Below, piece after piece: positions 41,534 through 50,880 of a stretch of DNA of 64,000 nt. Below the pieces are notes generated by a model. It did no database searches. It saw nothing but the letters and a program-made list of their open reading frames with translations, and was not told the origin of the DNA. Within the stretch, counting starts at the first letter, position 1; the number at the start of each line of letters is the position of its first letter. The stretch covers positions 2,848 through 66,847 of the IMG/VR virus record IMGVR_UViG_3300023184_003926; one strand, written 5' to 3'. Both the position numbers and the translations under genes were made by a program. This DNA comes from a virus.

Positions 41534-42430
41534 ATGACACTACTTGCAAAACCCGCAGCCAAGGTCAACTACCTTAACAACCGTGACATTTTAAAAGAAA
41601 TACATTCAAGCAAAAACACCTACTGTAGTTTTTTAAACCCAGCAACTGATCATCAGTTTGACATGATTCTGCCATCAGTGGACAAGATCAATCAAAAGAC
41701 CGTGGCCGAGGCACGCCGTGTTCGTGCAGACCGACACAAACGTGAAACAGGTCTAGTGATTGATCCCAAAAAAATACCCAATACAGAGGTGGTTTTCCGC
41801 ATAATGACCTGGGAACACATACCCATGGCGCCCAAGAAAATACCAAAAACTGCTGTCAAAAAGAAAAAGATTGAAGACATCCTGGACTTGGATGACATAG
41901 TGGAAGATCCACTAGCAGACTTGGTTGAAGATGTTGTGCTGAATCCCACACACATGCGAGTTAACTTTCCCCCGTTTTGGCACTACAGACTGGATGAAAA
42001 CAAAACCCCTGTGCTGGTGGGCAAAAGCCACTGGAAAGGCGATTTAGAAACAGGTGAGTTTTCTAAGGATCACGGCAACATGACACGCAAACTGGCCACT
42101 ATGTTTATGAAACTGTGTGAACGTTATGCCACACGAAGCAACTGGAGAGGATACACTTACAATGAAGAAATGCGTGGACAAGCCCTGTTGCAACTCAGCC
42201 AAATTGGCTTGCAATTTGACGAATCAAAATCGCAGAACCCTTTTGCGTACTACACTGCTGCCATCACCAACAGCTTTACTCGCATCCTGAACATTGAAAA
42301 GAAAAATCAAAACATCCGCGATGACATTTTAGAAATGAACGGATTAAACCCGTCATGGACACGACAGAACTCTGGCAAAGCTGGCATGGCAGCCATGTCC
42401 GGTCCGGTTGTAATTACCTACGAAGAGTAG
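41534..42430 (+). CDS. gp55: Late transcription sigma factor, T4 gp55-like
   Basis: NYLNNRDILKEI at the N-terminus and NWRGYTYNEEM...FDESKSQNPFAYYT...FTRILNIEKKNQNIRD; directly upstream of gp47, as in T4-like phages. Confidence 0.85.
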   Translation: MTLLAKPAAKVNYLNNRDILKEIHSSKNTYCSFLNPATDHQFDMILPSVDKINQKTVAEARRVRADRHKRETGLVIDPKKIPNTEVVFRIMTWEHIPMAPKKIPKTAVKKKKIEDILDLDDIVEDPLADLVEDVVLNPTHMRVNFPPFWHYRLDENKTPVLVGKSHWKGDLETGEFSKDHGNMTRKLATMFMKLCERYATRSNWRGYTYNEEMRGQALLQLSQIGLQFDESKSQNPFAYYTAAITNSFTRILNIEKKNQNIRDDILEMNGLNPSWTRQNSGKAGMAAMSGPVVITYEE

Positions 42431-42436
42431 TATACT
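42408..42436 (+). promoter_or_regulatory. Sigma70-like promoter for gp47
   Basis: TTGTAA-N17-TATACT, ending 6 nt before ATG 42443. Confidence 0.6.
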
Positions 42437-42442
42437 AGGTAG

Positions 42443-43459
42443 ATGACTAATCTATTTAAAAAAGCCGCGATCTTCACAGACATACATTTTGGTTTAAAAT
42501 CCAATAGCCAGACACACAACGATGACTGTTTGGATTTTGTGAAATGGGCCACTGCCACTGCCAAAGCAGAGGGTTGCGAAACCGCAATGTTCCTGGGCGA
42601 CTGGCACAACAATCGTGCCAGCATCAACATTGTCACATTAACTTATAGCCTGCGAGCGCTGGAGCATTTGAATGCCAATTTTGACACTGTTTATTTTATC
42701 CCTGGTAACCATGATTTATATTATCGCGATAAACGTGATATACAAAGTGTGGAGTGGGCTAAACATCTTCCGAATGTGGTCATATGTAACGATTGGTTCA
42801 ATAGCGGCGACGTGGTTATCGCTCCTTGGCTGTGTGGCGATGACCACAAGCGTATTCCCAAACTAAAAGGCAAGTACATGTTTGGGCACTTTGAACTGCC
42901 TGGCTACTACATGAATGCCATGGTACAGATGCCAGACCATGGTACCATACAGCGTGGAGACTTTGGTGGATTTGATCAGGTGTTCACCGGTCACTTTCAC
43001 AAACGTCAAACTGCCAACAACATCACCTACATTGGCAACTGCTTTCCGCACAACTATGCTGATGCAGGAGATGACGAGCGTGGCATGATGATATTGGAAT
43101 GGGGCAAAGAGCCTGAGTATCATGCCTGGCCAGATCAACCACGATACAGAGTACACGGTCTGGCCAACTTGATCGACAATGCAGCCACACTGCTTGCGCC
43201 CCGGATGCATGTGCGTGTGAACTTGGATATTGAAATATCTTACGAAGAAGCCAACTTTATCAAAGAAACATTCATCCGAGATTACAGCCTACGCGAAATG
43301 GCCTTGATCCCCAACAAGACTTCGGGTGTGGATGTGGATCTTGCACCTGGTGATGTAAAGTTTGAGTCTGTGGATCAGATTGTCACCGACCAGCTGACCA
43401 ACATTGAATCAGAATTCTACGACAACCGACTGCTGTTGCAAATTTATCAAAATTTATGA
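42443..43459 (+). CDS. gp47: Recombination endonuclease subunit, gp47/Mre11/SbcD-like
   Basis: Metallophosphoesterase motifs DIHFG, GDW, GNHD, GHFE and GHFH. Confidence 0.92.
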   Translation: MTNLFKKAAIFTDIHFGLKSNSQTHNDDCLDFVKWATATAKAEGCETAMFLGDWHNNRASINIVTLTYSLRALEHLNANFDTVYFIPGNHDLYYRDKRDIQSVEWAKHLPNVVICNDWFNSGDVVIAPWLCGDDHKRIPKLKGKYMFGHFELPGYYMNAMVQMPDHGTIQRGDFGGFDQVFTGHFHKRQTANNITYIGNCFPHNYADAGDDERGMMILEWGKEPEYHAWPDQPRYRVHGLANLIDNAATLLAPRMHVRVNLDIEISYEEANFIKETFIRDYSLREMALIPNKTSGVDVDLAPGDVKFESVDQIVTDQLTNIESEFYDNRLLLQIYQNL

Positions 43460-44166
43460 AATTTCAAGATACCAGATTCTGGAAAAATTATAGCCAATAT
43501 GACAAAATGGTGTTTAACTCATCTATGCGATCAACTGTTGATGCTGTGATATATTGGCGACTATTAAATCAGTTTAAATTTAATAAATTTTTAGAAATTG
43601 GAATATATCAAGGCCTGACCACTGGATTGATATTTGAGTCAACTCCGACTGCGTGTGTAACCGCTATCGATCCAGATGACCATTTGGAATTATTTTACAA
43701 AAACTATCCAGAATATCAAAATCAATTTACTTTTATAAAACAAAAAAGTCAAGAAGTAGATCTAGGCACTGACATGTATGATTTTATTCTAATTGATGGT
43801 GATCACAATCATTATTCAGTAAGCAATGACATTTTAAAAAGTCTACCAAGACTCAACACCTCTGGAATTTTGGCAATTGATGACTATAAATTACCAGGGG
43901 TCGCTCTGGCCATACAAGACCTGTATAATGTAAAATCAGACTGGGTGCCATTTTTGAGAGCAGAACAAACAGAATTTTGGCACCATCGTAGTTGTGATCG
44001 CAGTAATTTTTTAGATTTATTACTAGATGATCCTATTAGCAAATTTATTTTTATTCAAAATACAGTCGATCAAGATAACAACACAGTGTGTGTTGCAAAA
44101 ACATTAAGTATATTCACTGACCAAATTGAATATTTTGACATGGCACTACAACATTACAATATATGA
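43456..44166 (+). CDS. Class I SAM-dependent methyltransferase (Methyltransf_24-like)
   Basis: LEIGIYQGLT, IDP, YDFILIDGDH and GILAIDD motifs. Confidence 0.85.
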   Translation: MKFQDTRFWKNYSQYDKMVFNSSMRSTVDAVIYWRLLNQFKFNKFLEIGIYQGLTTGLIFESTPTACVTAIDPDDHLELFYKNYPEYQNQFTFIKQKSQEVDLGTDMYDFILIDGDHNHYSVSNDILKSLPRLNTSGILAIDDYKLPGVALAIQDLYNVKSDWVPFLRAEQTEFWHHRSCDRSNFLDLLLDDPISKFIFIQNTVDQDNNTVCVAKTLSIFTDQIEYFDMALQHYNI

Positions 44167-45638
44167 TATCAATCAATCAGCTAAAACAAAGTCTTTCAAA
44201 TCTTTATACGTTGAAGTGTTTTGTTGATTTAGCAGAGTTGACTGTTTCTCCAACCAGTGTATATCAGCAGGTTAACAGTTGTCACCAAGCAGTGTTTGAT
44301 CATAATGATCGACTGATTTTTTACACATCTGAAATTATATCTGATCAACTGTTACAGCATTTGTATCAAGCCACTAGCCTAATTGATGTATCTAATTATT
44401 TTGTGTTGATTTGCAGCCCACACCAGATCAACCAACCAACCAATGTAGATCCATTTCAAACTTTGCAAATATCAATCGAAATCACCAACCGTTTGCAGGA
44501 CAATTTTTTTGTGTCAGATACACTGTGCCCAATGCCCTGGAGTCATATTGAAGTCTCGTCTTCTGGAGAAGTACGCCCTTGCTGTGTGTATATTGACAGT
44601 GTTGATCATGCCAAGCACAATTCACTTGACCATGCATTCAACAACAACAAATTTCAAACGCTACGGCAAGACTTATTGAGTGGCAAAAAGCCAGATGGAT
44701 GTAGCAAATGTTGGGAAAATGAAAAAAACGGATTGATCAGTAACAGACATTACCATATGAGCTTGTTGAAGAAAGAACTGTTAACTTCGTATTTAGATAG
44801 TCCCTCTATAAAGAGCATGGACCTCAAACCAGGGAACACTTGTAATTTTAAATGCCGTATTTGCAATCCTGTATCAAGTTCCTTGTATGCTCAAGAAGCA
44901 AAATCAAACACAGGTATTTCTATAGAAAGTTTTAATTGGGCGGAGTCAGAATCTAAAACTATTAACGAAATAGTAACATTACTGCCAACTCTGACCAACA
45001 TAGACATGTATGGCGGGGAACCTTTTTTAATCAAACCCTTGTTACATGTGATCAAACAAGCGGTAGAACAGCACTGCGCACCACACATAAGATTGCATTA
45101 CAACAGCAATGGATCCATTTATCCCGAAGACCTAATTGAGCATTGGAAGAAATTTAAACACGTAGATATACAGTTTAGCATTGACAATATTGGAGGCCGG
45201 TTTGAGTTTGAACGTGGGGGGAGTTGGCAACAAGTTGAATCAAATATTAAAAAATTAATTAACCTTGGTCTACCCAATGTCACTATTGGTGTCATGCCCG
45301 CAATTAATATCATGAATATTTTTTATCTTGACGAAGTGTTGCAATGGGCGCACGAGTTGGGACTCCCAGTTAGTCCGCAATATGTGACAGAGCCATCAGG
45401 CTTTGCTCTTAAAAATCTTACTGCCAATGCCAAAAAATTAATTGTAGAAAAGTTTCAAAATCACTCTTGGCCTGAAATAAAGAACATTCTCAAACACATT
45501 GAGTCAATGCCAGACTCTGACGGTGAAGAATTTTCAAAACTGTGCAAGCACTTTGATCGGCTAAGGAATCAAAATTTTTCTATTTCTCATTCTACCATTG
45601 CAAATGCCATGGGATATGTGTATAATAACAACATATGA
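44163..45638 (+). CDS. Radical SAM/twitch protein with an extra N-terminal domain
   Basis: LCPMPW...RPCC...CSKCW, CNFKCRIC and GGEP motifs; clear paralogue of 127-1332. Confidence 0.88.
   Translation: MISINQLKQSLSNLYTLKCFVDLAELTVSPTSVYQQVNSCHQAVFDHNDRLIFYTSEIISDQLLQHLYQATSLIDVSNYFVLICSPHQINQPTNVDPFQTLQISIEITNRLQDNFFVSDTLCPMPWSHIEVSSSGEVRPCCVYIDSVDHAKHNSLDHAFNNNKFQTLRQDLLSGKKPDGCSKCWENEKNGLISNRHYHMSLLKKELLTSYLDSPSIKSMDLKPGNTCNFKCRICNPVSSSLYAQEAKSNTGISIESFNWAESESKTINEIVTLLPTLTNIDMYGGEPFLIKPLLHVIKQAVEQHCAPHIRLHYNSNGSIYPEDLIEHWKKFKHVDIQFSIDNIGGRFEFERGGSWQQVESNIKKLINLGLPNVTIGVMPAINIMNIFYLDEVLQWAHELGLPVSPQYVTEPSGFALKNLTANAKKLIVEKFQNHSWPEIKNILKHIESMPDSDGEEFSKLCKHFDRLRNQNFSISHSTIANAMGYVYNNNI
45598..45626 (+). 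promoter_or_regulatory. Sigma70-like promoter for gp46
   Basis: TTGCAA-N17-TATAAT, preceded by TGTG, ending 8 nt before ATG 45635. Confidence 0.65.
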
Positions 45639-47716
45639 TTCAAATTAAAAATCTCACTGTTCGCAACTTTATGAGTGTGGGCGCGGCCACACAAGGCATT
45701 GACTTTGACCGTCAAGATCTTACCCTGGTCTTGGGCGAAAACTTGGACCTGGGCGGCGATGGCAGTCGTAACGGCACAGGCAAGACCACAATCATCAATG
45801 CCTTGAGTTATGCCATGTACGGACAAGCACTCAGCAACATACGCAAAGACAATCTTGTAAACAAGACCAATGCCAAGGGCATGATGGTGAGCCTGGACTT
45901 TGCTGTCAACAGCAAAAACTACAGAATTGAACGTGGACGCAAGCCCAATGTATTGCGCTTCTTTGCAGACAGCGAACAAGTAACTGCACAAGATGACGCA
46001 CAGGGCGATAGTCGAGAAACACAGGATGCTATTGAACAAATATTTGGCATGAGCCATGACATGTTCAAACACATCTTGGCCCTGAACACCTACACAGAAC
46101 CGTTCTTGAGCTTGAAGGCCAATGACCAACGCACCATAATTGAACAGTTGTTGGGTATTACATTGCTGAGTGAACGTGCTGATCGAATTAAAGAACTCAA
46201 TCGTGGTACCAAAGAATCCATTACATCAGAAGAATTTAGAATACGTGCTGTACTGGAAGCCAACAAGCGTATTGAAGAACAGATAGAAAGCCTGCGACGA
46301 AGACAAGGCCTGTGGCGAAAGAAATATGACAGTGACTTGGCATACCTTGTGGGGCAATACGACGACTTGGCCAGAGTCAATATTGAAGCAGAGTTACTGG
46401 CACACAAAGACTTGGCTGTATGGAACGAACGTAAAAAGCAAACAGATGCACATGCACGACTATTGGCTTTTCAAACTGCATGGCAACAAACACAAAACAA
46501 AGAAATTGCTGCATTAAAAGTCAGTTATGATCAACTCAGTCACATTGACATTGTGACAGAACTACAAGCACATCAAGACTTAGCTGCATACAATCAACGG
46601 GCCAAGGACATTGCTGAACTTGAAAAACTCATTGCTCGGTGTGTAGCAGATGAAGCACGAGAACTAAAGACGTCTGACAAACTCCGAGCAGAGATTGCTG
46701 AGCTAGAGGCACACAAGTGTTATGCTTGTGGCCAAGAATTTCACGACGGTGCTCACGAAAGTGTACTAGAAGCCAAACGTAAAAGTTTGCAGGAGTCTGC
46801 ACTACAAGCCTTGGCCACCAATGGTCAATGGATAGAGAATACCAATGCTCTCAAAGCCCTGGGTGATCTAGGCACCCGACCTACTACTTACTATAAGACC
46901 GAAGCCGAGGCCATTCGTCACAGCAGTGAAGTTGAAAACATACAACAAAAGATTGCAGACAAGTCAGCAGAAGCAGATCCTTATGTTGACCAACTTGCAG
47001 GTTATGTGCCTGTGGAACTGGGTGTACAGCCTGCCACTCATTATGATACCGAAGCACAGGCCATCAAACACTCAACACAAGTCAACAACTTGCTACAGCA
47101 GATCACCAGCAAACATGCCGAAACTGATCCTTACAGCGAGCAGATTGAGGAAATGCAACAACAGGCCCTGCAGGTTGTGAGTTATGATCATTTGAATGAT
47201 CTCACTCGAGTACAAGATCATCAAGAGTTTTTGTTAAAACTGCTCACAAGCAAAGACTCATTTGTTCGCAAAAAGATCATTGATCAGAACTTGAGTTATT
47301 TGAATGCAAGACTCACATGGTACTTGGATCGTATTGGTTTGCCACACACAGTGAAGTTTCAAAATGATTTGAGTGTGAGCATTGAAGAGCTGGGACGTGA
47401 ACTGGACTTTGACAACCTGAGTCGTGGCGAACGCAATCGATTAATTTTAAGTATGAGTTGGGCATTCCGTGATGTATGGGAAAGTTTGTACAGCCCCATC
47501 AACATTTTATTCATTGACGAAATGATTGATTCAGGCCTGGACACACAAGGTGTAGAGAACGCCCTGGCATTGCTGAAGAAGATGACTCGTGAACGTAATA
47601 AATCTGTTTGGTTGGTATCACATAGAGACGAACTCACAAGTCGTGTGGAAAATATCTTGCGTGTGGTAAAAGAAAATGGTTTTACCAGCTATAATACAGA
47701 TGTAGAAGTTGTATAA
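45635..47716 (+). CDS. gp46: Recombination ATPase subunit, gp46/Rad50/SbcC-like
   Basis: Walker A NGTGKTT, zinc hook CYAC, ABC signature LSRGE, Walker B LFIDE and H-loop VSH. Confidence 0.93.
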   Translation: MIQIKNLTVRNFMSVGAATQGIDFDRQDLTLVLGENLDLGGDGSRNGTGKTTIINALSYAMYGQALSNIRKDNLVNKTNAKGMMVSLDFAVNSKNYRIERGRKPNVLRFFADSEQVTAQDDAQGDSRETQDAIEQIFGMSHDMFKHILALNTYTEPFLSLKANDQRTIIEQLLGITLLSERADRIKELNRGTKESITSEEFRIRAVLEANKRIEEQIESLRRRQGLWRKKYDSDLAYLVGQYDDLARVNIEAELLAHKDLAVWNERKKQTDAHARLLAFQTAWQQTQNKEIAALKVSYDQLSHIDIVTELQAHQDLAAYNQRAKDIAELEKLIARCVADEARELKTSDKLRAEIAELEAHKCYACGQEFHDGAHESVLEAKRKSLQESALQALATNGQWIENTNALKALGDLGTRPTTYYKTEAEAIRHSSEVENIQQKIADKSAEADPYVDQLAGYVPVELGVQPATHYDTEAQAIKHSTQVNNLLQQITSKHAETDPYSEQIEEMQQQALQVVSYDHLNDLTRVQDHQEFLLKLLTSKDSFVRKKIIDQNLSYLNARLTWYLDRIGLPHTVKFQNDLSVSIEELGRELDFDNLSRGERNRLILSMSWAFRDVWESLYSPINILFIDEMIDSGLDTQGVENALALLKKMTRERNKSVWLVSHRDELTSRVENILRVVKENGFTSYNTDVEVV

Positions 47717-48484
47717 ATGTCTTTGAATATGTTGCGTTGGAAAGGCGGGTTTGGTGGTGATTTGCTGATGAAATTAATTTCTGAATCATCGGCAGTGCAT
47801 ACCAATACCCAATTTCAAACTGGCTTGTCAAGTCAAGGTGGAATGCTTTTAGATTTTTCGTACTTGAATATTGATAGACTACAACAAATAGATTGTATTG
47901 CTAGCCAGGAATTTATTCCAAAAATTGATACAATCTTATTAAAACAAGAGCTTGATGCATTAGCTATTAGTGATCAAACATGGTGGCTCAAGAGTCATTA
48001 CTACGAACAAGATTTCTATACTGATTGTATTGTAGACATTGTAGTTGGGCAGGACCAGTTACCATTTGCAGTTTCTGCAAATATCAATAAAACAACAACA
48101 TTGCAAACTGACTTTGATGCGCTAGTAACCAAAATTACTGACCCACACATTCGTTATCAATATTCAATTTACAGCGTGGCCAAAGATTTTGTTTGCCCAT
48201 ATCAAACAACTCGTGTCATACAACTGAAACAGGTGTTGTCTGGATGGGATCAATTAAAACAGACCTTAAGAACATTTGATATAACATTGGATGACAAACT
48301 AAAAAACATGTATGAAAATTGGCTGGCTGCTAATGCCAAGCATCTTTCATCACCTATCTATCAATATCTGGCACAAAACAATGATTACAATATTGATCAT
48401 CCCAAGCTCACGTTGATAGAACGATATTGTTTGTTGGTACTTTCAGGACGCAAATTTCAACTGTTAGACAAAAATGAAATTTGA
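47717..48484 (+). CDS. Hypothetical protein (AT-rich; weak sulfotransferase/P-loop-like hints)
   Basis: N-terminal WKGGFGGDLL and WLKSHY; the function is not established. Confidence 0.55.
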   Translation: MSLNMLRWKGGFGGDLLMKLISESSAVHTNTQFQTGLSSQGGMLLDFSYLNIDRLQQIDCIASQEFIPKIDTILLKQELDALAISDQTWWLKSHYYEQDFYTDCIVDIVVGQDQLPFAVSANINKTTTLQTDFDALVTKITDPHIRYQYSIYSVAKDFVCPYQTTRVIQLKQVLSGWDQLKQTLRTFDITLDDKLKNMYENWLAANAKHLSSPIYQYLAQNNDYNIDHPKLTLIERYCLLVLSGRKFQLLDKNEI

Positions 48485-49571
48485 CTTTGATGTTATTGAC
48501 GAGTATCAATTAGAAATTACAACATATTGTAATGCTGCCTGCCCTCAGTGTCCACGCAACAACTTGGGCACAGGTATCAATCCTTACATGCCACTCACAC
48601 ATTTACCACGTGCAACTATTGATCAAGCATTTGACCAAGAATTATGTCAACGTCTACGGCAAGTGTTCTTCTGCGGCAGTTATGGTGATCCCATCATGCA
48701 TCCAGACTTTTTAGAAATACTGCGTGACTTTAGAAGCAAGAGTCCTACGCTGTGGCTGTACATACACACCAATGGTGGTGTACATGATGCTGAGTACTGG
48801 GCAGAGATAGCCCGTATCATGAATGGTTACGGACAGATAGACTTTGGTATTGACGGGCTTGAAGACACTTTACATTTGTACAGAAAGAATGTAAAATACA
48901 ACAATGCTATTGCCAATGCACAGGCGTTTATTGCAGCTGGTGGGCGAGCACAATGGAATTTTATTGTGTTCCGGCACAACGAGCATCAAGTTGATCTAGT
49001 TCAACAGCTGGGTCAAGATATGGGTTTTTATAATGTGTTGATACGCAAGACTGGAAGATTCTTAAATCACACCACTATGTCTGAAATGGATTCGTGGCCA
49101 GCAGCTGGCACAGACCATGTGTTGGAACCGCCTGTTACCGAACAGTATAGAAACCGCAGCATACAGTCGTTGCCTGAACTCAAGAAACAATATATCAACA
49201 TCAAACAATATTTTGATAATACAGCAATACGTTGTGATGCATTGATGGGAAAGAAGGTAGCCGTAAATGCTGAGGGCATTGTACTCCCGTGTAATTTTTT
49301 CAATCACAACTTGTATGATGCAAGATTTAGAGACGGCAGCATGCCTGGTGCAAATCCACTCAGCACAGTAGATGGTAAAAATCAAGTACGTGAATTTTTA
49401 CAACAGTATGGGCTAGGCAATTTAAACATACACCACAAGACATTGCCGGAGATATTTGCCAATGCCTTCTGGCAGGATTTAGTAGCATCGTTCAACAACC
49501 ACAACAGACTGTTTGAATGTGCAATGACTTGCGGTGAGAAGTTTACAAAAGTATGGGATCAATCAAAATGA
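48474..49571 (+). CDS. Radical SAM protein with a C-terminal SPASM/twitch domain
   Basis: CNAACPQC, YGDP, HTNG and GIDG motifs; C-terminal C...LPCNFF...CAMTCG. Confidence 0.88.
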   Translation: MKFDFDVIDEYQLEITTYCNAACPQCPRNNLGTGINPYMPLTHLPRATIDQAFDQELCQRLRQVFFCGSYGDPIMHPDFLEILRDFRSKSPTLWLYIHTNGGVHDAEYWAEIARIMNGYGQIDFGIDGLEDTLHLYRKNVKYNNAIANAQAFIAAGGRAQWNFIVFRHNEHQVDLVQQLGQDMGFYNVLIRKTGRFLNHTTMSEMDSWPAAGTDHVLEPPVTEQYRNRSIQSLPELKKQYINIKQYFDNTAIRCDALMGKKVAVNAEGIVLPCNFFNHNLYDARFRDGSMPGANPLSTVDGKNQVREFLQQYGLGNLNIHHKTLPEIFANAFWQDLVASFNNHNRLFECAMTCGEKFTKVWDQSK

Positions 49572-50152
49572 AAATGTTAGTAACAGGCGGTAATCGAGGA
49601 CTAGGCGAGCACCTAGTGGGTGTGTTTGGTGCAGACAGCGCAAGTCGTACCAATGGGTTTGACATCAATCTCAATACACATGAGCTTGCTGTGTTGAGTT
49701 TGGAATACGATGTGTTTGTAAACAATGCATTTGACGGACCTCCCCAGGAGTTGTGGGCTGACTTCGGGCAAGCACAGTTGTATTTTGCCGTGTACGATGC
49801 ATGGAAAACAGCTGGTAAGTCTGGACACATTTTTAACATTGGGTCAGTGGGAGAGCAACATGTTGTAGCACCTGAACCCAGATTTGAAACGTATCGTGTG
49901 GCCAAGGCAGCACTGAGTCATGCCAGTAGGCAAGGCACACAAGCATTCAAACAAAATTTAGTAAAGTTTCGAACCACGTTGATCACTCCTGATCGACTGG
50001 ACACAGCTCTGAGCCGTAGTCGTCCCACATGGACTGGAAACGGTATTGATTTAACAGACGTTAGCAATTTTATACAATACGCTACCACAGTGTCCTCAAA
50101 TACTGTGATAGAAGAGGCAACTTTTTACGTGAACTTTGAACACAAGGCATAA
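49568..50152 (+). CDS. Short-chain dehydrogenase/reductase
   Basis: TGGNRGLG, NNA, IGS and catalytic YRVAK motifs; start at ATG 49568 (ATGA overlap). Confidence 0.85.
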   Translation: MKMLVTGGNRGLGEHLVGVFGADSASRTNGFDINLNTHELAVLSLEYDVFVNNAFDGPPQELWADFGQAQLYFAVYDAWKTAGKSGHIFNIGSVGEQHVVAPEPRFETYRVAKAALSHASRQGTQAFKQNLVKFRTTLITPDRLDTALSRSRPTWTGNGIDLTDVSNFIQYATTVSSNTVIEEATFYVNFEHKA

Positions 50153-50185
50153 CTATAGCACGAAAGGCAATTCCCTGAAACTCAC

Positions 50186-50614
50186 ATGACATGGCAATAT
50201 CAAGACACCCCAGTTGAGACTTTACCTGAAGAATGTGTGGGATTTGTTTATCAGATCACAAATAATCTATCTGGACGCAAGTACATAGGCAAAAAATTAG
50301 CAAAATTTAGTAAAACAACGTACAAGACAGTAAATCAAAAGAACGGCATCAAGAAGCGGAAGAAGATACGCACAAAAGTTGACTCAGACTGGCGTGAGTA
50401 CTACGGGTCAAGCCCAGAATTAACCGCAGACGTAATCACTTTAGGCACCGAAAACTTCTCCAGAGAAATACTTTACTACTGTAAAAGCAAGAGTGAATGC
50501 TCATACATTGAGGCACGAGAGCAATTCAGTAGGCGGGTATTAGAATCAGCAGATTATTACAACGGCCATATACAAGTACGTGTACATGGCTCACACATAA
50601 AAGACAAAATTTAA
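50186..50614 (+). CDS. GIY-YIG family endonuclease
   Basis: GFVYQITNNLSGRKYIGKK...W..YYGSS...E...YYN. Confidence 0.85.
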   Translation: MTWQYQDTPVETLPEECVGFVYQITNNLSGRKYIGKKLAKFSKTTYKTVNQKNGIKKRKKIRTKVDSDWREYYGSSPELTADVITLGTENFSREILYYCKSKSECSYIEAREQFSRRVLESADYYNGHIQVRVHGSHIKDKI

Positions 50615-50628
50615 AATCAACGTAAAAC

Positions 50629-50880
50629 ATGGACTACGATATTGAACAGAGTGAAAAAAGACGGAGAGAACGAGCAAGGATAGGATCTGAGCAAGTTCAC
50701 AATGACCTTTATTACAAGTACAAACAAGAAAATCGTTGGACAATGTTTGGCAAATATTACGGCACACCAATAAGCGATCTTCCAAAATCATATTTAGAAT
50801 GGGTAATAAAAAATCTCAACGGCAAGTACAAGGAATTTGCTGAAAAAGAATTTTACCGAAGAAAATCAACTAACACTTAA
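50629..50880 (+). CDS. Small DUF3820-like protein
   Basis: MFGKYYGTPISDLPKSYLEWV motif. Confidence 0.65.
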   Translation: MDYDIEQSEKRRRERARIGSEQVHNDLYYKYKQENRWTMFGKYYGTPISDLPKSYLEWVIKNLNGKYKEFAEKEFYRRKSTNT

